A DNA stretch of 64,000 bases from Scenedesmus sp. PABB004 (lineage: Eukaryota): contig JABVCE010000007.1 in NCBI GenBank assembly GCA_014905635.1, forward strand, positions 1,178,001 to 1,242,000. The letters are read 5' to 3'. The notes below the pieces were generated by a model. The model saw only the letters and a list, made by a program, of their open reading frames with translations. It was not told the DNA's origin and searched no databases. Below, piece after piece: positions 13,800 to 28,480 of the stretch (position 1 is its first letter; the number at the start of each line of letters is the position of its first letter). The position numbers and the translations under genes are program-made.

Positions 13800-15722
13800 C
13801 TAGCCGTTGACGGCGCGGTTGAGGTCGAGCAGCTGCCGCTGGATGTCGCCGTCCCCAAACCCGCCGCGCGCGTTCTCCGACACGGGGTGCACCGCCATGA
13901 CGTCCCACGTGCCGACCGACCACACGTACAGCCCCGCGACGCGCCACGCCGGCCCGCCGCCCGCGCGCAGCCAGTCGGCGAGCGCGGTGAACACCTGGCG
14001 CCGATAGTCGCGCAGGTCGCCGCGCAGCCAGGGGTCGCTCGAGGCGTCATAGTCCATCCACTTGCCGTGCTGCGTGCGGGCGCGTGAGCGTGCACGCGCG
14101 TGCGTGAGCGGCGCGCGGCGGGCGCGGGCGCGGGCAGCGGGCGGCGGGCGCGGGCGCGGGCGCGGGCGCGAGCGCGGGCGCGGGCGCGGGCGCGGGCGCT
14201 CGCGTGCGCGCGCGGGCAGCGCGCGGGCGGCGCGGCCGCCGGCGCGCGGCGCACCACGGGGAAGCGCCCCGCCTCGTAGCTGTTGGCGGCGATGCCGCCG
14301 TAGGTGCGGCCCGAGCCGCCGAGGCCCCACTCGCTGAAGACGAGCGGCTTGTCGCGCACAAGGTCGCGCAGGCTGATGCCCCAGAAGCTCAGCTCGTGCG
14401 CGAGCGTGAAGATCGCGGTCTCAAAGTCGGCCGGCTGCACGCCGCTCGGCGGCAGCACGCCGTAGCCGGAGAGGCCAATGAAGTCCATTCGCTCGAGGAG
14501 GCGCTTGAAGCCGGCGACGTCGTACGCCTTCCACAGCTTGTCCTTGTTGGCGCTGAACACGGCGGCGTAGGTCTCGTTGTAGCGCACGGGGTCGCGGTCG
14601 GCCGAGCCGGTGCAGCCGCAGTGGCGCGACCAGTTCATGCTCACGCCCACGAGCAGCCGCGCCGGCGCCATGCCGCCGCCGCCGACCGCCGCGCGCACGG
14701 GGCCGACCAGTGACATGTACGTCCTGCGCGGCGCGGCGCGCGGTGCGGCGCGGCGCGGCGCGGTGCGTGAGGGCGCGCGCCGCGCGCCGCGGGGCCCGCC
14801 CGCCGGCGCCGGCGCCGCGCTGGCCCCGCCCCGCGCTGGCCCCGCCGCGCCGCGCCGGCTGACTTTGGGAAGGTCAGCAGGCTGCGCGTCATCTCGCCGG
14901 CGAGCGCGAACTCGACCGTCACGCCCGGCCGCATCGCGGCCGCCATCGCGCGCGCCGCGGGCATGAGCACGACGTCGGAGTAGCTGTAGCCGCCGTACTG
15001 GCGCACCGGGTCGAATACGAGCCCGTTGCGCCAGAGGCCCGAGGGGTCGTCGAGGTGCGGGAGCACGTGGATCGTCGTGAAGCCTGGCCCCGCGGCGGCG
15101 GCGGCGGCGGCGCGTGAGCGGCGGTGGCGGCGCGTGAGCGGCGGCGGCGGCGCGTGACTGGCGCGCGCGCGCCGCGCGCCGCGCGCACCCGCGGCGGTCG
15201 CGGCCTTGAAGCACGCGGTCAGCCCCGCCTGCCAGCGGCGCAGCAGGTCATCGTTGACGCGCTGCTGCCCGCCCTGGGCGTCTTTGATGGTGTAGTACTC
15301 CACGCCGCGCCGCCCGCCCGCCCAGTGCGCGGTCGGGACCATGCTGATGGACTTGCTGCGCCACTTCGCCGCGCCCGCGACGACCGCCTCGCACTGGCGC
15401 TGCCACTTGCCCTCCACCTGGCTCGGCTCCACGTCGGCCAGGGAGACCATGATCACGCTGTTGCTGATCTCGGTCCTGCGGCGGCGCGGCGGCCGCGGTG
15501 CGTGGCGGCGACGCGCGCGCGTCGAGCGGGGGCCCCGAGCCCCGGCGCCGCGCGTGCCGCCGCCGCCGCGCGTGCCGGCGCCAGTGCCGGTGGTCGCCGC
15601 GGGAGCCTTTCTCACCCGGCGGCGGCGCGGCGCGGCGCGGCGGCGAGCAGGCTGACCGCCAGCGCGAGCAGCGCCGCGGCGGGCCGGCGCCGCGGCGCGC
15701 CGCCGCGGGCGGCTGCCGCCAT
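13800..15722 (-). CDS. Secreted TIM-barrel glycoside hydrolase-like protein (clan GH-A, GH113-like motifs)
   Basis: Signal peptide ..[22 protein letters not shown]. Exons join in phase. Motifs VLPHLD..WR, FALAGEM, MDFIGLSGY, KPLVFSEWG and AGLYVW resemble clan GH-A barrel strands. Confidence 0.7.
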
Positions 15723-16443
15723 GCTGCCTGGCGCGTGGGTGGGGGCCGGGCAGGGCAATGGGCCGGCTGGCGCGGCCTGAACTGGCCCGTGGAGGCCGCC
15801 GCGGCGGTCGCACCGCCCGAGCAAAAACCGCCCGCGCCGTGCGCCGGCCGCCGGCCGGTCAGGGAAGACGCTGGGCTGTGCGTCGACGCGTCGCCGGCGA
15901 GCGTGGGCGCTGAGAGGGCCGCGGTCGGGCGCTCTCCTGCCCGCGGCCCTGGAACCGAGACCGCGCCTGCGACCCCGCCCACGCCGTGAACAACGCTAAT
16001 TTGAGCTCTTTGAGCGGGCGGAGGGGCGGGCTGACCGGCACGCAACGGTTGGCTTGCCCGCGTCACTGCTCGCTCCTCGCGCCCTCCCGCGCGGCGCCTC
16101 GCCCGCGCGCCGCTCCACGTCGCTCCGCCACAGCCTACCTTATCTCACACACGCAGCGCGCTGCCAAATAGCTCCGATCGGCGCGACTCACCGCGGCTGC
16201 TGCTCGCGGCTTGCTGTGCGCAGGTGGGTGGGGGCCGCGCCGGGCGGCCGGGCGCGCCGCTGATTCGCTTGAGCCGCCCCGCCGCGCGCCACGTGGGCGC
16301 CGGGGGCGCCGCGCGGGCGCGGGGAGCAGCCGCATGGCGTCAGGCCTGGCACTGCGGCCAGCCCAGGCGCCCGCGCCGCGTGGTGCCCGGCGCGACCGGC
16401 TTCGCGCCCGCGCGGCCGCCTTTTCTGCCCCGCAGGCGCCGCC

Positions 16444-17473
16444 ATGGCGCGCGCAGCGCTCGTGCCGGGCGCGGTGGCCGCGCTGCTGCTGGCGCTGCTG
16501 GCGCGCGCTGGCGCGGAGTCGACGATGCGCACGGACAGCAGCCCCATCTGTCAGTCAGTCCTGCCGCAGTGCGAGGCCAAGTGCCGGCAGGGGCAGGAGT
16601 ACATGTTCGTGTGCTCGGCCGGCAACGGCCCCAATGGCGGCCCCTACATGCTCTGCCAGTGCGTCGCGCCCGCCCTGCCCGTGGGCCCGCCCTCGCAAGG
16701 TGCGCAGCGCGGCGGCGCCGGCGGCGGCACCGGCGGCGCGCGCCCGGCGCGCCGCGGCGCAGCGGCGGCGGCCGCCCGCGCCCGCGCGCGCGTGGTCCAG
16801 GCGCCTGCCAGCAGCTGGGCGCGCACAGCGCGCCGTCGGCGGCGGCGGCGGCCTCGCGGGCGCGCCGCGTGGCGGGAGCGGCTGCCAGCTGCCGCGACCG
16901 ACCCTTCCCGCGCCCGCGCGCCCGCGCGCCCGCCCGCGCGCGCATGCAGTCGCGCGGCTGCAGCTGTTCCAGTGGCCCGGCTCCAAGGCCTGCAACGACA
17001 AGACCTGGCTGAACGACTGCACGTCGACGATGACCGCGACGGTCAACGGCACGAGCGTGCTCTTCACGCCCGCGGTGTCGTCGGCGTTCAACGAGGCGTG
17101 CGACCCCGCGCCCGGCATCGTGATCGGGCCCAAGGGCATGCAGGCGGCGGTCTCGTTCCCGCAGTACCCGATCGGCCTGACCAGCACGGGGCCCGACGGC
17201 ACGCTCAGCATCGACTTTTCGTCGACCGCGGGCGACGACCCCAACCAGATGGACTGGAGCCAGTGCATCGTGACCTACAAGATCCTCAGCGGCACCTTCA
17301 TGAACCCGCAGCTCGCGATCGCGGCGCAGCAGGGCACGATGGCGGCGCTGCAGCAGCGGCAGATGCAGCAGACGGCCGCCGTGTCGGCCGCGGGCGGCGC
17401 GGCGGCGCCGGCCGCGGCGGCGCGGCTGCTGGCGGCGGGCGCGCTGGCGCTCGGCGCGGCGCTGGTGCTGTGA
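16444..17473 (+). CDS. Secreted, probably GPI-anchored Cys-rich protein; exons 16444-16699 and 16950-17473
   Basis: N-terminal signal peptide, 6-Cys module, beta-rich middle region, and small-residue spacer plus hydrophobic C-terminus ..RLLAAGALALGAALVL*. Phase-1 GT-AG intron joins in frame. Confidence 0.8.
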
Positions 17474-18333
17474 GCGCGCCACGCGGCGCGCCGCGGGCTG
17501 GCAGCGCGCCCGCCGTGCACGGCGCGTGCCGCAGCAGCGCACCTGCACACGCCGCGCGGGGCGCGCCCCGCCGACGCCGCACGCGGCGGCCGGCGCGCGT
17601 CCCGGGGGCTGTGCCAGCGCGGGCGGCGCGCGCCGGCGGCCGGGCGCGCGCGCAGCTTGGCGTTGGCCGAGGGCCGCGGGCGCGCCCGCCCGCGGCCCCC
17701 GGCGTGGCCCTGCTGCTGCTGCTGCTGAGGGAGCCGTCGATTGGTTGACGTATCGGTCGCGACACACCAGCTCACTAACAACGCCTGCCGGCGCACGCGC
17801 GCTGGCTGCCAGGCGGCCCGGACGCGTGCCACCCGGCGGCGCCCGCCGCGGGCCCCGCGCGGGCGCCCGGGGAGCTCGCCAGCCGGCGTGCCACGGGAGC
17901 TGCGTGTGTGCGAGAGAGAAGAGAGTGCAACGCGTGGCCGCGCCCTGGCGCCGCGCCGCAGCCCGGCTGGCTGCCGGCTGCCGCGCGGCGCCGGCGCGCC
18001 GCGCCAATTCATCAGACTTGACGCACGCTGCTCTGCCGCCCGCCGCTGGCGGGGAGCCCGTGGCTTGCGGCAGCAGCGCGGGCAGCAGCGCGGGCGGCGG
18101 GCGCCTGCCGCTGCGGCGCGCGGCGGCGGACACCCAACGCGCCGCCAGCGCGGGCGCGCTGCAGCAATGCATGCGGCGTGCACTTGGTGACCTCGCAGTG
18201 TGCACGCGCACGCACGCGTGGGCATGCCTTGACCCACACACCCAAACCCAACCCTGCCTCGTTGGCGGCTGCCGCGCAGCCAGCAGCACTTGTGACACTG
18301 CAGACTCGCTCGCGTGGCGGCCGGGGGCGCGCG

Positions 18334-18338
18334 TGTAA
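18334..18338 (+). promoter_or_regulatory. TGTAA candidate polyadenylation signal
   Basis: First TGTAA noticed downstream of the GPI-protein stop. Confidence 0.4.
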
Positions 18339-20079
18339 CTTGGAGGACGCGCGTCCAAGGAGGACAGCGCGCGCAGCACGCGCCCGGCTGGCTGGCGGTG
18401 CCCCGTTTGCCAGCGGCGGCGGCAGCGCCTCGCGGGTGCTGCGCCGGCACGGCCTGCAGTCTGCGGCGACCGAGCCCGGTCACGCGGGGCGTCCTTTGCG
18501 AAGCCGATCGGCGCTGGACGAGGTTAACCGCTGCAAGCGCGGCGGCGTGACAGGCGCACGCCCCTCAGCGGCGGGCCGCCGACCACGCCCTCAGCGGCGG
18601 GCCGCCGACCACGCGCTGGCGCGGCGCCCCCAGTGCCGACGCGGCGGCCCGCTGCGCGCGCCCCGCGCTCCTGCTCCTGCGGCTCAAACCGTGATAGGCG
18701 CCGCCGACCTTTGGCAAACAAGCAAACGTGCAGCGCTCCTGCGCGCAGGCGCGTGCACTGGGCGCGGGCTGCACGGGCGCAGCAGCAGCGCCGTGCAGGC
18801 ATGCAGACAGCAGGGCAACACCAACAAGTAAAGGGAGGCCGCCCGGGGGCCGCCCCACGTGTATGCCGGGGTGCGTTGTGAGATTACTGCAACGGGTTCC
18901 GCGGTTGCATTGACTGCGACGGGGCGGCTGCTGCGGCGCCATCGCCGCGGCGCCGCCCCGCCGCAAGCAAGAGAGGCGACACTGACTGACTGGATGGCCA
19001 TGCCGGCGTCCGACGGACTGAGAAGGTGGCTCGTGCAGGTGCTGTTGTAAAACGAACAACCATCAAGCGGCGCGCGCGTGCCCCGACTCCGCACCACCCG
19101 CTCCCCAATGCGGGCGCCGTGGTTTGACCGACGGACCGCGCGACGCGGGGCCCACGCGCGCGGCCCGCCCGCCCGCACGCGGCCCAACTCGTCCCAGTGC
19201 ATGCACGGCACGAGTGCCGAATCCACGGGCCCCGGGGCAACAGTCAGGGTCCGGCGCCTGGTGGGGTCCAACCGCTCGCGGCTGGACAGACTGACGCAAT
19301 CGACAACCATGCGCGTGTGTAAGTGCCCAGTCCAGCGCTTCAGCAGTGCTCGACACGCTCAAGCCGCAGCGCGCAACTCAGCGCAAATCAACTCGAGCGC
19401 AGACCGACCGACCCCCGCCCCAGCCAGCACGCCGCGCGCGAGGCGGCGCGGGCGCGGCGCGCAGGCGCGAGCGGCGCGGCCCACAGCACGCCGCGCGCGC
19501 GCGCAGCAGCGGCTGGGGCTTCTTGTCGGCGAGCGCGCGGCGCAGCCTGCGCCGCGCGCGCCCGGGGTGCCGGGGGCGCAATCCTGAGCGCCGCAGCCCG
19601 CCTGGCGGCACGTGCCACGAGCAAAGCCCCCTTCTCCCCCGGCCCTTTTTCTGGTCCTGGTCCCCGGCACACCCTCCGGCACAGCGCGGCTTGACAGGCG
19701 TGCAGCCAGCGCTGGCCTGAGCCGGCTGTTTGAGCAGCAGGGACCCCCCCCCCCCGCACCAAACACACCCGCCCGCCGCACACGGCCCGGCCCGGCCGCG
19801 TGCGCCACACGTTGCGGTTTTGTGCCAGCGCGGTGTTGTTGTGCAGTGCCCTACGCCCGCGAGTGAGTGAGCGCGCCAGCGCGGCTCTTTCGACTGCTGC
19901 GACACACACAAGGCGGCGGGGTGCTCAGGCGCTGCGCCGGCGGCCCCAGGCGGGGCCGGGCCGCCGCCGGCGCAGGCAAGAATGCAGGCCGGTCGTGCGA
20001 TGGATGCCACGTGCGAAGCAAGCTGCCAGGTTGGTCATACCGCGCGCGCGCCGCAATCGGCAGAGTCGCCGCGCGCCGC

Positions 20080-22193
<2,114 letters not shown>

Positions 22194-22849
22194 GCTGCTG
22201 CTGCTGCTGGCGCGTCTACCGAGCGCCCGGCCGCGCGTCTGCGCGCTGCGTCGGCGGGCAGCAGCGCGCGCGGCGGCTCTGGGCCCTGTCTGACCGTGGC
22301 GCCGCTGCCCCCGCCAATGCACCCACGTACACGCGCAACGGGAGCGGCGGGAGGCCGGGCGCTGCCCTGGTCATGCAGGTTGCGCCGTCAACGACGACTG
22401 ACATCACCCCACAGCAGCTCTCTCGCGGCCCGCCGTGGCGGGCGAGCACAGCCGCCGGCCCAGCGCGACCGCCGCCACCGCCGTGTGCCGGCCGTCGTCG
22501 GCGCGCGCCGCCGGGGCCGCTCTGCGCGCTGCGCGCCGCGGCTCTGCGGAGCCGGGGTAGGGACCCGGCGCGGTCTCAGCAGAATTGTGGCTGCACACCT
22601 GGGCGGCTGGAGGGGGGCCTGCGCGCACGGCGCGGGCACGGGGCGGGCGTGAGCCCGCCGGCGCGCCGCGCGCGCGCCCGCGCGCGCTGCGCCCGCCCGC
22701 CCACCTGCGGCGGCGCGGGCGCCGGGCTTGCGCGCCCCAGCCACGCCGCGCGGCGCGGCGCGCCGCCGCGGCCGCTGGTCGCTGGTGTCTGCCGCCGGCC
22801 GCCGCCGCCGCCGGCGCGCGCGCCGGTCGGGGCGGCGCGCCGGCCGTCA

Positions 22850-23186
22850 TCAGCCGGCGTCGTCCGCCCACATCGCGCGCACCGCGGCGCGCAGCCGCGC
22901 GCGGTTGGCGGCCGACAGCTGCGCGTGGCGCGCGGCGACCGCGTTCTCGTGCACCTTGAGCCAGTGGGCACCGGGGTAGTGGCGTAGGCCGGCAAAGCCC
23001 ACGGCGAGCTGCACCAGCTCGGCCCCGCTGCAGCCCGGCAGCAGCGGCAGGCTGGCCGTCGCGAGGCCGCGCAGCGCCGCCGCGTGGGCCGGCTCGCGCG
23101 CCCAGCCCGCCGCCGTGGGGTAGAGCAGCCGCGGCAGCGCCCACACGGTGGCCGCGACCTCGGCCGCGCGCGCGCGCCCGCGCGGC

Positions 23187-23222
<36 letters not shown>

Positions 23223-24616
23223 AGCAGCTGCAGCTGGCGCGCGAGCAGCAGCGCGACCCAGTGCGGGCCCTGGCTGCTGAGCTGCTTGGCGAGGCCGCAC
23301 ATGATCGTCGCGACGTGGCGCGGCCCCAGGCGGCCCAGCTCCGCCTGCACGGCGCGCCGGAACCACGACAGCCAGCGACCGTCGCCCGGCGCGAGGCGGA
23401 GCGCCGCGAGCGAGCCGGCGATGCAGGCGAGCTGGTCCGGCCCGACGCCGCCGCCGGCGCCGGGCCGCGCGCGCAGCGCGGCGCCGCTCGCCGCAAACCA
23501 CGCGCGGCACCAGCCCGCGCTGGGGCGGTAGCGCAGCTGCGCCAGGCCCCACACGCAGTTGGCGAGCTGCGTGCCGCTCAGCTGCCGCGCCGCGAGCGCG
23601 GGCGCCAGCGCGTCGAGCAGCGCCGCCAGCCAGGCCGCGCGCGGGCGCTTGCCGAGGCGCCCGAGCGACCACAGCAGGCTGGTCAGCTGGTGGCGGTTGA
23701 AGCGCCCCGCCGCCAGCGCGCCCTCGCCCGCCGCCGCGTACCAGCCGTCGAGCCAGGCGGGCTCGGGCGCGTGGCGCAGCACCGCCAGCGCCCACAGCGC
23801 GTTGGTGAGGCCCGCGGCCGGCAGGCGCGCCAGCGCGGCCGGCCGCAGCGCGCCCAGCAGCGCGGCCAGCAGGCCGGCGCTCGCCGGCATGCCCAGCTTG
23901 GCCGCCGCGTAGAGCAGGAGCGAGGCCTGCCGCGGCGCGAGGCGCGGCGCGAGCGCCTCCGCCTGCCGCAGCAGCGAGGCCCAGCGCTCGGCGTCGTCCC
24001 AGGCCGCCCGCCCGCCGGCGCGCGCCGCGGCGGCGGCGGCGTCGCTGCCAGCCGCCACCACCGCCGCCGCCACCGCTTCGTTTCGCTGCCGCAGGATTGC
24101 CGCAAACTCAGCGGCCAGCTGCGCGCAGGTCGGCAGCTGCGCGTCGTCGACGTTGCGGGCCGGGCCGTGCTCACGCTGCTGCTCCTGCTGCTGCTGCTCC
24201 TGCTGATGCTGCTGCTCCTGCTCCTGCTGCTCCTCCTCGTGCTGCTGCTGCTCTTCCTGCTCCGGCTGCTGCTGCCCTGCCTGCGCCAGTGGGTGGCCAG
24301 TCGGTGGGCCGGCCGCCGGCACCGTGGGCCAGGCAGCGGGCCGCGCCGAGCGCCGCGACCGCGGCGCCAGCAGCCCTGGGGCCTGATGCTGGACGGCGGC
24401 ACCCTGCCGTGCCGGCGGCGGCGCCTCGCGCGCGGCGCGCGGCTGCACGGGGCGCAGCAGCAGCTCCGCGCCCGCCGCGTCCGGCGGCGGCGCCGCCGCC
24501 GCCTGCCGGCTGCTCAGCGAGGCCGACACGCGCCAGGGCTCGCGGCTGGCGCCTGCCGCCGGCCTGGCTGCGGCGGGGCGCGGCGCCCCGCGCCAGCAGC
24601 CGGGTCGGCCGCTCAT
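22850..24616 (-). CDS. Octotricopeptide repeat (OPR) organellar RNA-binding protein, single exon
   Basis: Repeats of about 38-40 aa: LTNALWALAVLRHAPEPAW, LTSLLWSLGRLGKRPRAAW, LANCVWGLAQLRYRPSAGW. Arg/Ala-rich transit-like N-terminus. Confidence 0.85.
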
Positions 24617-24933
24617 GCCGCGCCCCCCTGGCCCCGCCGGGCGCGCCACGGCCTCCAGCGCGGCGCCGTCATCACTCCTCTACGCCCGCGCCCGCCGCAT
24701 CACGCCTGCACGCCCGCACGTCCGCACGAGCTGCTTGTTGAGGCGGCGCCGGTGCCAGCGCCGGGCTCGCGGCGGCGTGGCTCGCGGCGGCGGCGGTGCG
24801 AGCTCGCTGTGCGTGGTGCTGGGCCGAGCGAAAGTGTGCGGCGGCTGAGCCGGCCGCACGGGCTGGGTGGTGGTTTGCACCGGCGGCAGCGGCGGTGAGC
24901 CCTGCGTGGCCACGCCCCGACGACGACGCTACT

Positions 24934-24938
24934 TTACA
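24934..24938 (-). promoter_or_regulatory. TGTAA polyadenylation signal (SHMT)
   Basis: TTACA on the + strand, about 60 nt past the SHMT stop. Confidence 0.6.
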
Positions 24939-25000
24939 CGCGCAGCCGGGCGCGCTGCCGCGGCCGCCGCACAGCACGACGGGCTCCCCGCTCGCCGGCC

Positions 25001-28000
25001 TCACAGGCCGGGCATGGGGAAGGCGGTCGCGAGGGCCTCGACCTCGGCGCGCAGCGCGGCGACGTCGGGCCGCGCCGCGCCCTCGCCGGCAAGGTAGGCC
25101 TTGAACTCCTTCAGCTTGCCTGCGACCGGCGGCGGCGGCGGCGCGGGGCTGGCGTGGGCGGCGGTCGGGCGGGAGCGGCGCGCGGGCCAGGCCGGCGCGG
25201 CGGCGGGCGCCGCAGGCGCCGCGGCGCGGGCGCGGGCGCGCACCCGGCGCGGGCGTCTTGGCCTGGCAGTCCTTGGCGATCTTCACCGCGCGGTCAATGA
25301 AGTCGGCGACCTGCAGGGCGGGCGGGCGGCAGCGGCGGCGGCGGCGGGGGGCGTGAGCCCGCGGCGCAGCGCTTCGCCCCGGGCGCCGGCGGCTGGCGGC
25401 GCGCGCGCGGCGCCGCGGCGGCGGCTGGCGGGCCGCGCGTGCAGGGCGCGGGCGCGGCAGCGGGGCACGCGCCTGCACAAACTCGGCCTCCTTGAAGCCG
25501 CGCGTGGTGAGCGCGGGCGTGCCGATGCGCATGCCGCCGGGCACCATCGCGCTCTTGTCGCCTGCGCGCGGGCGTGCGCGGCCGCTGTCGTCATCGGCGG
25601 CCGCGGCGCGGAGGCCGCACCGCCCGCCGCCCGCCGCCCCCCGTCCACGCTGCCCGCTCCCCGCCCAGCCACCGCCCGCCGCCCGCCCGCCGCCCGCCCG
25701 CCGTCCGCCCGCCGCCCGCCGCAGGTCTCTCCCTCTCACCCGGGACGCTGTTCTTGTTGAGCGTGATGGAGACGAGGTCCAGCACGCTCTGCACGCGCGC
25801 GCCGTCGATGCCGTTGGGCTTGAGGTCCACCAGGATGAGGTGGTTGTCGGTGCCGCCTGCGCGGGTGGGTGGGTGTGGGTGCAGGTGAGGGGGGGGGGTG
25901 CGTGGGTGGCTGGGTGGGTGGGTGGGTGGGTGGGTGGGTGGGCATGGGTGAGGGTGTGGGTGGGTGGGTGTGTGTGGCGTGGAGAGGGGGGGGGGTGCGG
26001 TTGAGGCGCGGCGTGCGAGGGGTGAGGGTGCACGCTCCACGACCACCATCACCAAAGCCCCCGTGGCGCGTCTCACCCGACACGATCGCGTAGCCGAGCT
26101 GCTGCATGCGAGCCGCCAGCGCCTGGCAGTTGGCCACGACCTGGCGCTGGTACGTCCCAAACTCGGGCGTCTTGGCCTGCCTCAGCGCGACCGCAAGCGC
26201 GCTGATGGTGTGGTTGTGCGGGCCGCCCTGCAGGCCCTGCGACGCCGCGCGCGCGGGCGGGACGGGCGGGCGGGCGTCGGCGCGCCGCCGCCGCGCCCAT
26301 GGCGCCTGCTGCCGGCATCCGCCGCGCCCTCCGCGCCTGCTGCGCCCCCCTCCACCCCCCCCTCTCGCACACCCACACCCCAAACACCCCGACGCCCCCA
26401 CACAAACGCACCGGGAAGACCGCAGAGTCGATGGCGTCCTTGAGGTCGCGGCGATAAAAGACCATGCCGCCGCGCGGGCCGCGCAGGCTCTTGTGCGTGG
26501 TCGTCGTGACGACGTGCGAGTCGGCAAACGGGCCCGGCACGACGCCCGCCGCGACGAGGCCGCTGATGTGGGCCATGTCGCTCATGAGGTACGCGCCGAC
26601 CTGGGTTTAGGGGTGCAGGGGTGCAGGGGTTTAGGGCGGGCGGCGGCGGGGCGGTTTAGGGCGCGGGTGGGCGGGTGGGCGGGTGGGCGGGTGGGCGGGT
26701 GGGTGGGAGGGGCCGGGAGAGGAGGCAGGAGCCCGGCGCGTGCGGCGGGAGGGGCGCGCGCGGCGGGAACGGCGGCGGCCGCGGCGGCGGCGCTGCGCGG
26801 CGGCGCTGCGCGGCGGCGCGCGCGGCCGCACCGAGTCGGCGATGGCGCGCATGCGCGCGTAGTCGATGTTGCGGCTGTATGCGCTCGCGCCCGCGATGAT
26901 GAGCTTGGGCCGGAACAGCGCCGCGCTGCGCTCGAGGGCGTCGTAGTCGATGTAGCCCGTGGACTCGTCCAGCCTGGGGCGCACGCGCGGCGGGGCGGGG
27001 GCGGGCGCGTGAGCGCGTGAGCGTGTGCGTGGCTGGGCGGCCGCGGCGGCGCGCCCTCGCGCCCCGCCTGGCGTCCGAGCGCGCACGCCACGCACCCACG
27101 CACCCACGCACCCACCCACCCACGCACCCACCCACCCACCCACGCACCCACCCACCCACCCACCCACCCCCCCCCCCCACACACACACACCCACACACAC
27201 ACCCACACACACCCACACACACCCACACGCCACCCCTCCCGCTCACCGGTAGGGCATCGACTCAAAGTAGATGCTGGTCGCGCTCACGCGCTTCTTCGCC
27301 GTCATAAAGCCGTGCGTGAGGTGGCCGCCGTGCGGGAGGTCCAGGCCCATGATGCGGTCGTGCGGCGACAGCAGCGCGGTGTACACTGCGGCGCGGCGGC
27401 GGCCGCGGGCGCGGCGCGCGGGCGCGGCGTGTGGGTGCGGGAGCGGCGGCGGGCGCGGCGTGTGCGTGCGGGCGCGGCGAGGCAGAGGCGCGGCGCGGCG
27501 GCGGCGCGCACCCGCAAAGTTGGCGGGCGAGCCCGAGAGCGTCTGCACGTTGACGCCCCACTCGGCGGGGTCGAGGCCAAACAGCTCCAGCGCGCGCGCC
27601 TCGCAGAGCTCCTCCGCCTGGTCGATGAACTCGTTGCCGCCGTAGTAGCTGCGGCGGCGCGGCGGGCGCGCGCGCGCGTGCGGGCGCGGGCGCGTGGGTG
27701 CGCGCGGGGGCGTGTGCGGGGGGTCCGCACACAGGGGGAGAGGGGGGGAGGCCTGCCGGCTGGCGCCGCCGGCGGCGCGGCGCGGCGTGCCGCAGCCGCC
27801 GCAGCGTGCCGCAGCCGCCGCGGCGGCGGCGGCGGCGCACCGCGCGTGGGGGCGGCCCTCGCTGTACTTGTTGGTCATGCATGACCCCAGCGCCTCCATC
27901 ACCGCACGCGACGTGAAGTTCTCGCTCGCGATGAGCTCCAGGCCGCGCACCTGGGCGCGTGGGCGGAGCGCCGGCGCGTGTGGCGGCGAGCGGCGGGCGC

Positions 28001-28395
28001 GCCGACCCGCCGCCGCCGCCGGGGGCCGCGCCGGCTGCGTCCGGGGCTCACCTGGCGCTTCTTCTCGTTGCTGATGATGGCCGCGATCTCCGGGTCCACC
28101 TCCGAGAGGGGGCCATCATACTGCAGCAGCTCCTTCTTCGCCGCGCCTGCGCAGGGGGCCGGGCGGACGCCGGGGACGTGAGGCGGCCGCAGCGGCCAGC
28201 GTCACCACGCGCTGCGGCGGCCTGGCGGGCGCGGGGCTCGCCGCGGCGGCGGCCAGACGCCGGCCGCGCATCGAGCTGCCGCGGCGCGGCCACACCTTGC
28301 GGCGCCACGACCGCGGCGCGCGTGACGGCCCGGGACCGCGCCACGCGCCCGGTGGCGAGGCCGCTGCGGGCCTGGAGCCTGCCCTGGACCTGCAT
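25001..28395 (-). CDS. SHMT: Serine hydroxymethyltransferase with organellar (probably plastid) transit peptide
   Basis: [54 protein letters not shown] (PLP Lys), [16 protein letters not shown] and [12 protein letters not shown]. Confidence 0.97.
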
Positions 28396-28480
28396 GGCGA
28401 CTGCTGCTGCCGGAGGGCAAGCCCTCTCGCGCTGGGGCGGGCGGAGGCGGGGCGGGGACGGGGCGTGTGCGACAGCGCGT

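Noticed and set aside
18553..18613. Tandem duplication of about 26 bp as a CRISPR-like repeat
   Set aside because: Two adjacent copies with no spacers, in a eukaryotic context.
17474..20079. Hidden gene or mobile element in the 2.6 kb gap between convergent genes
   Set aside because: No coherent exon chain, terminal repeats or transposase-like peptide; consistent with long 3' UTRs.
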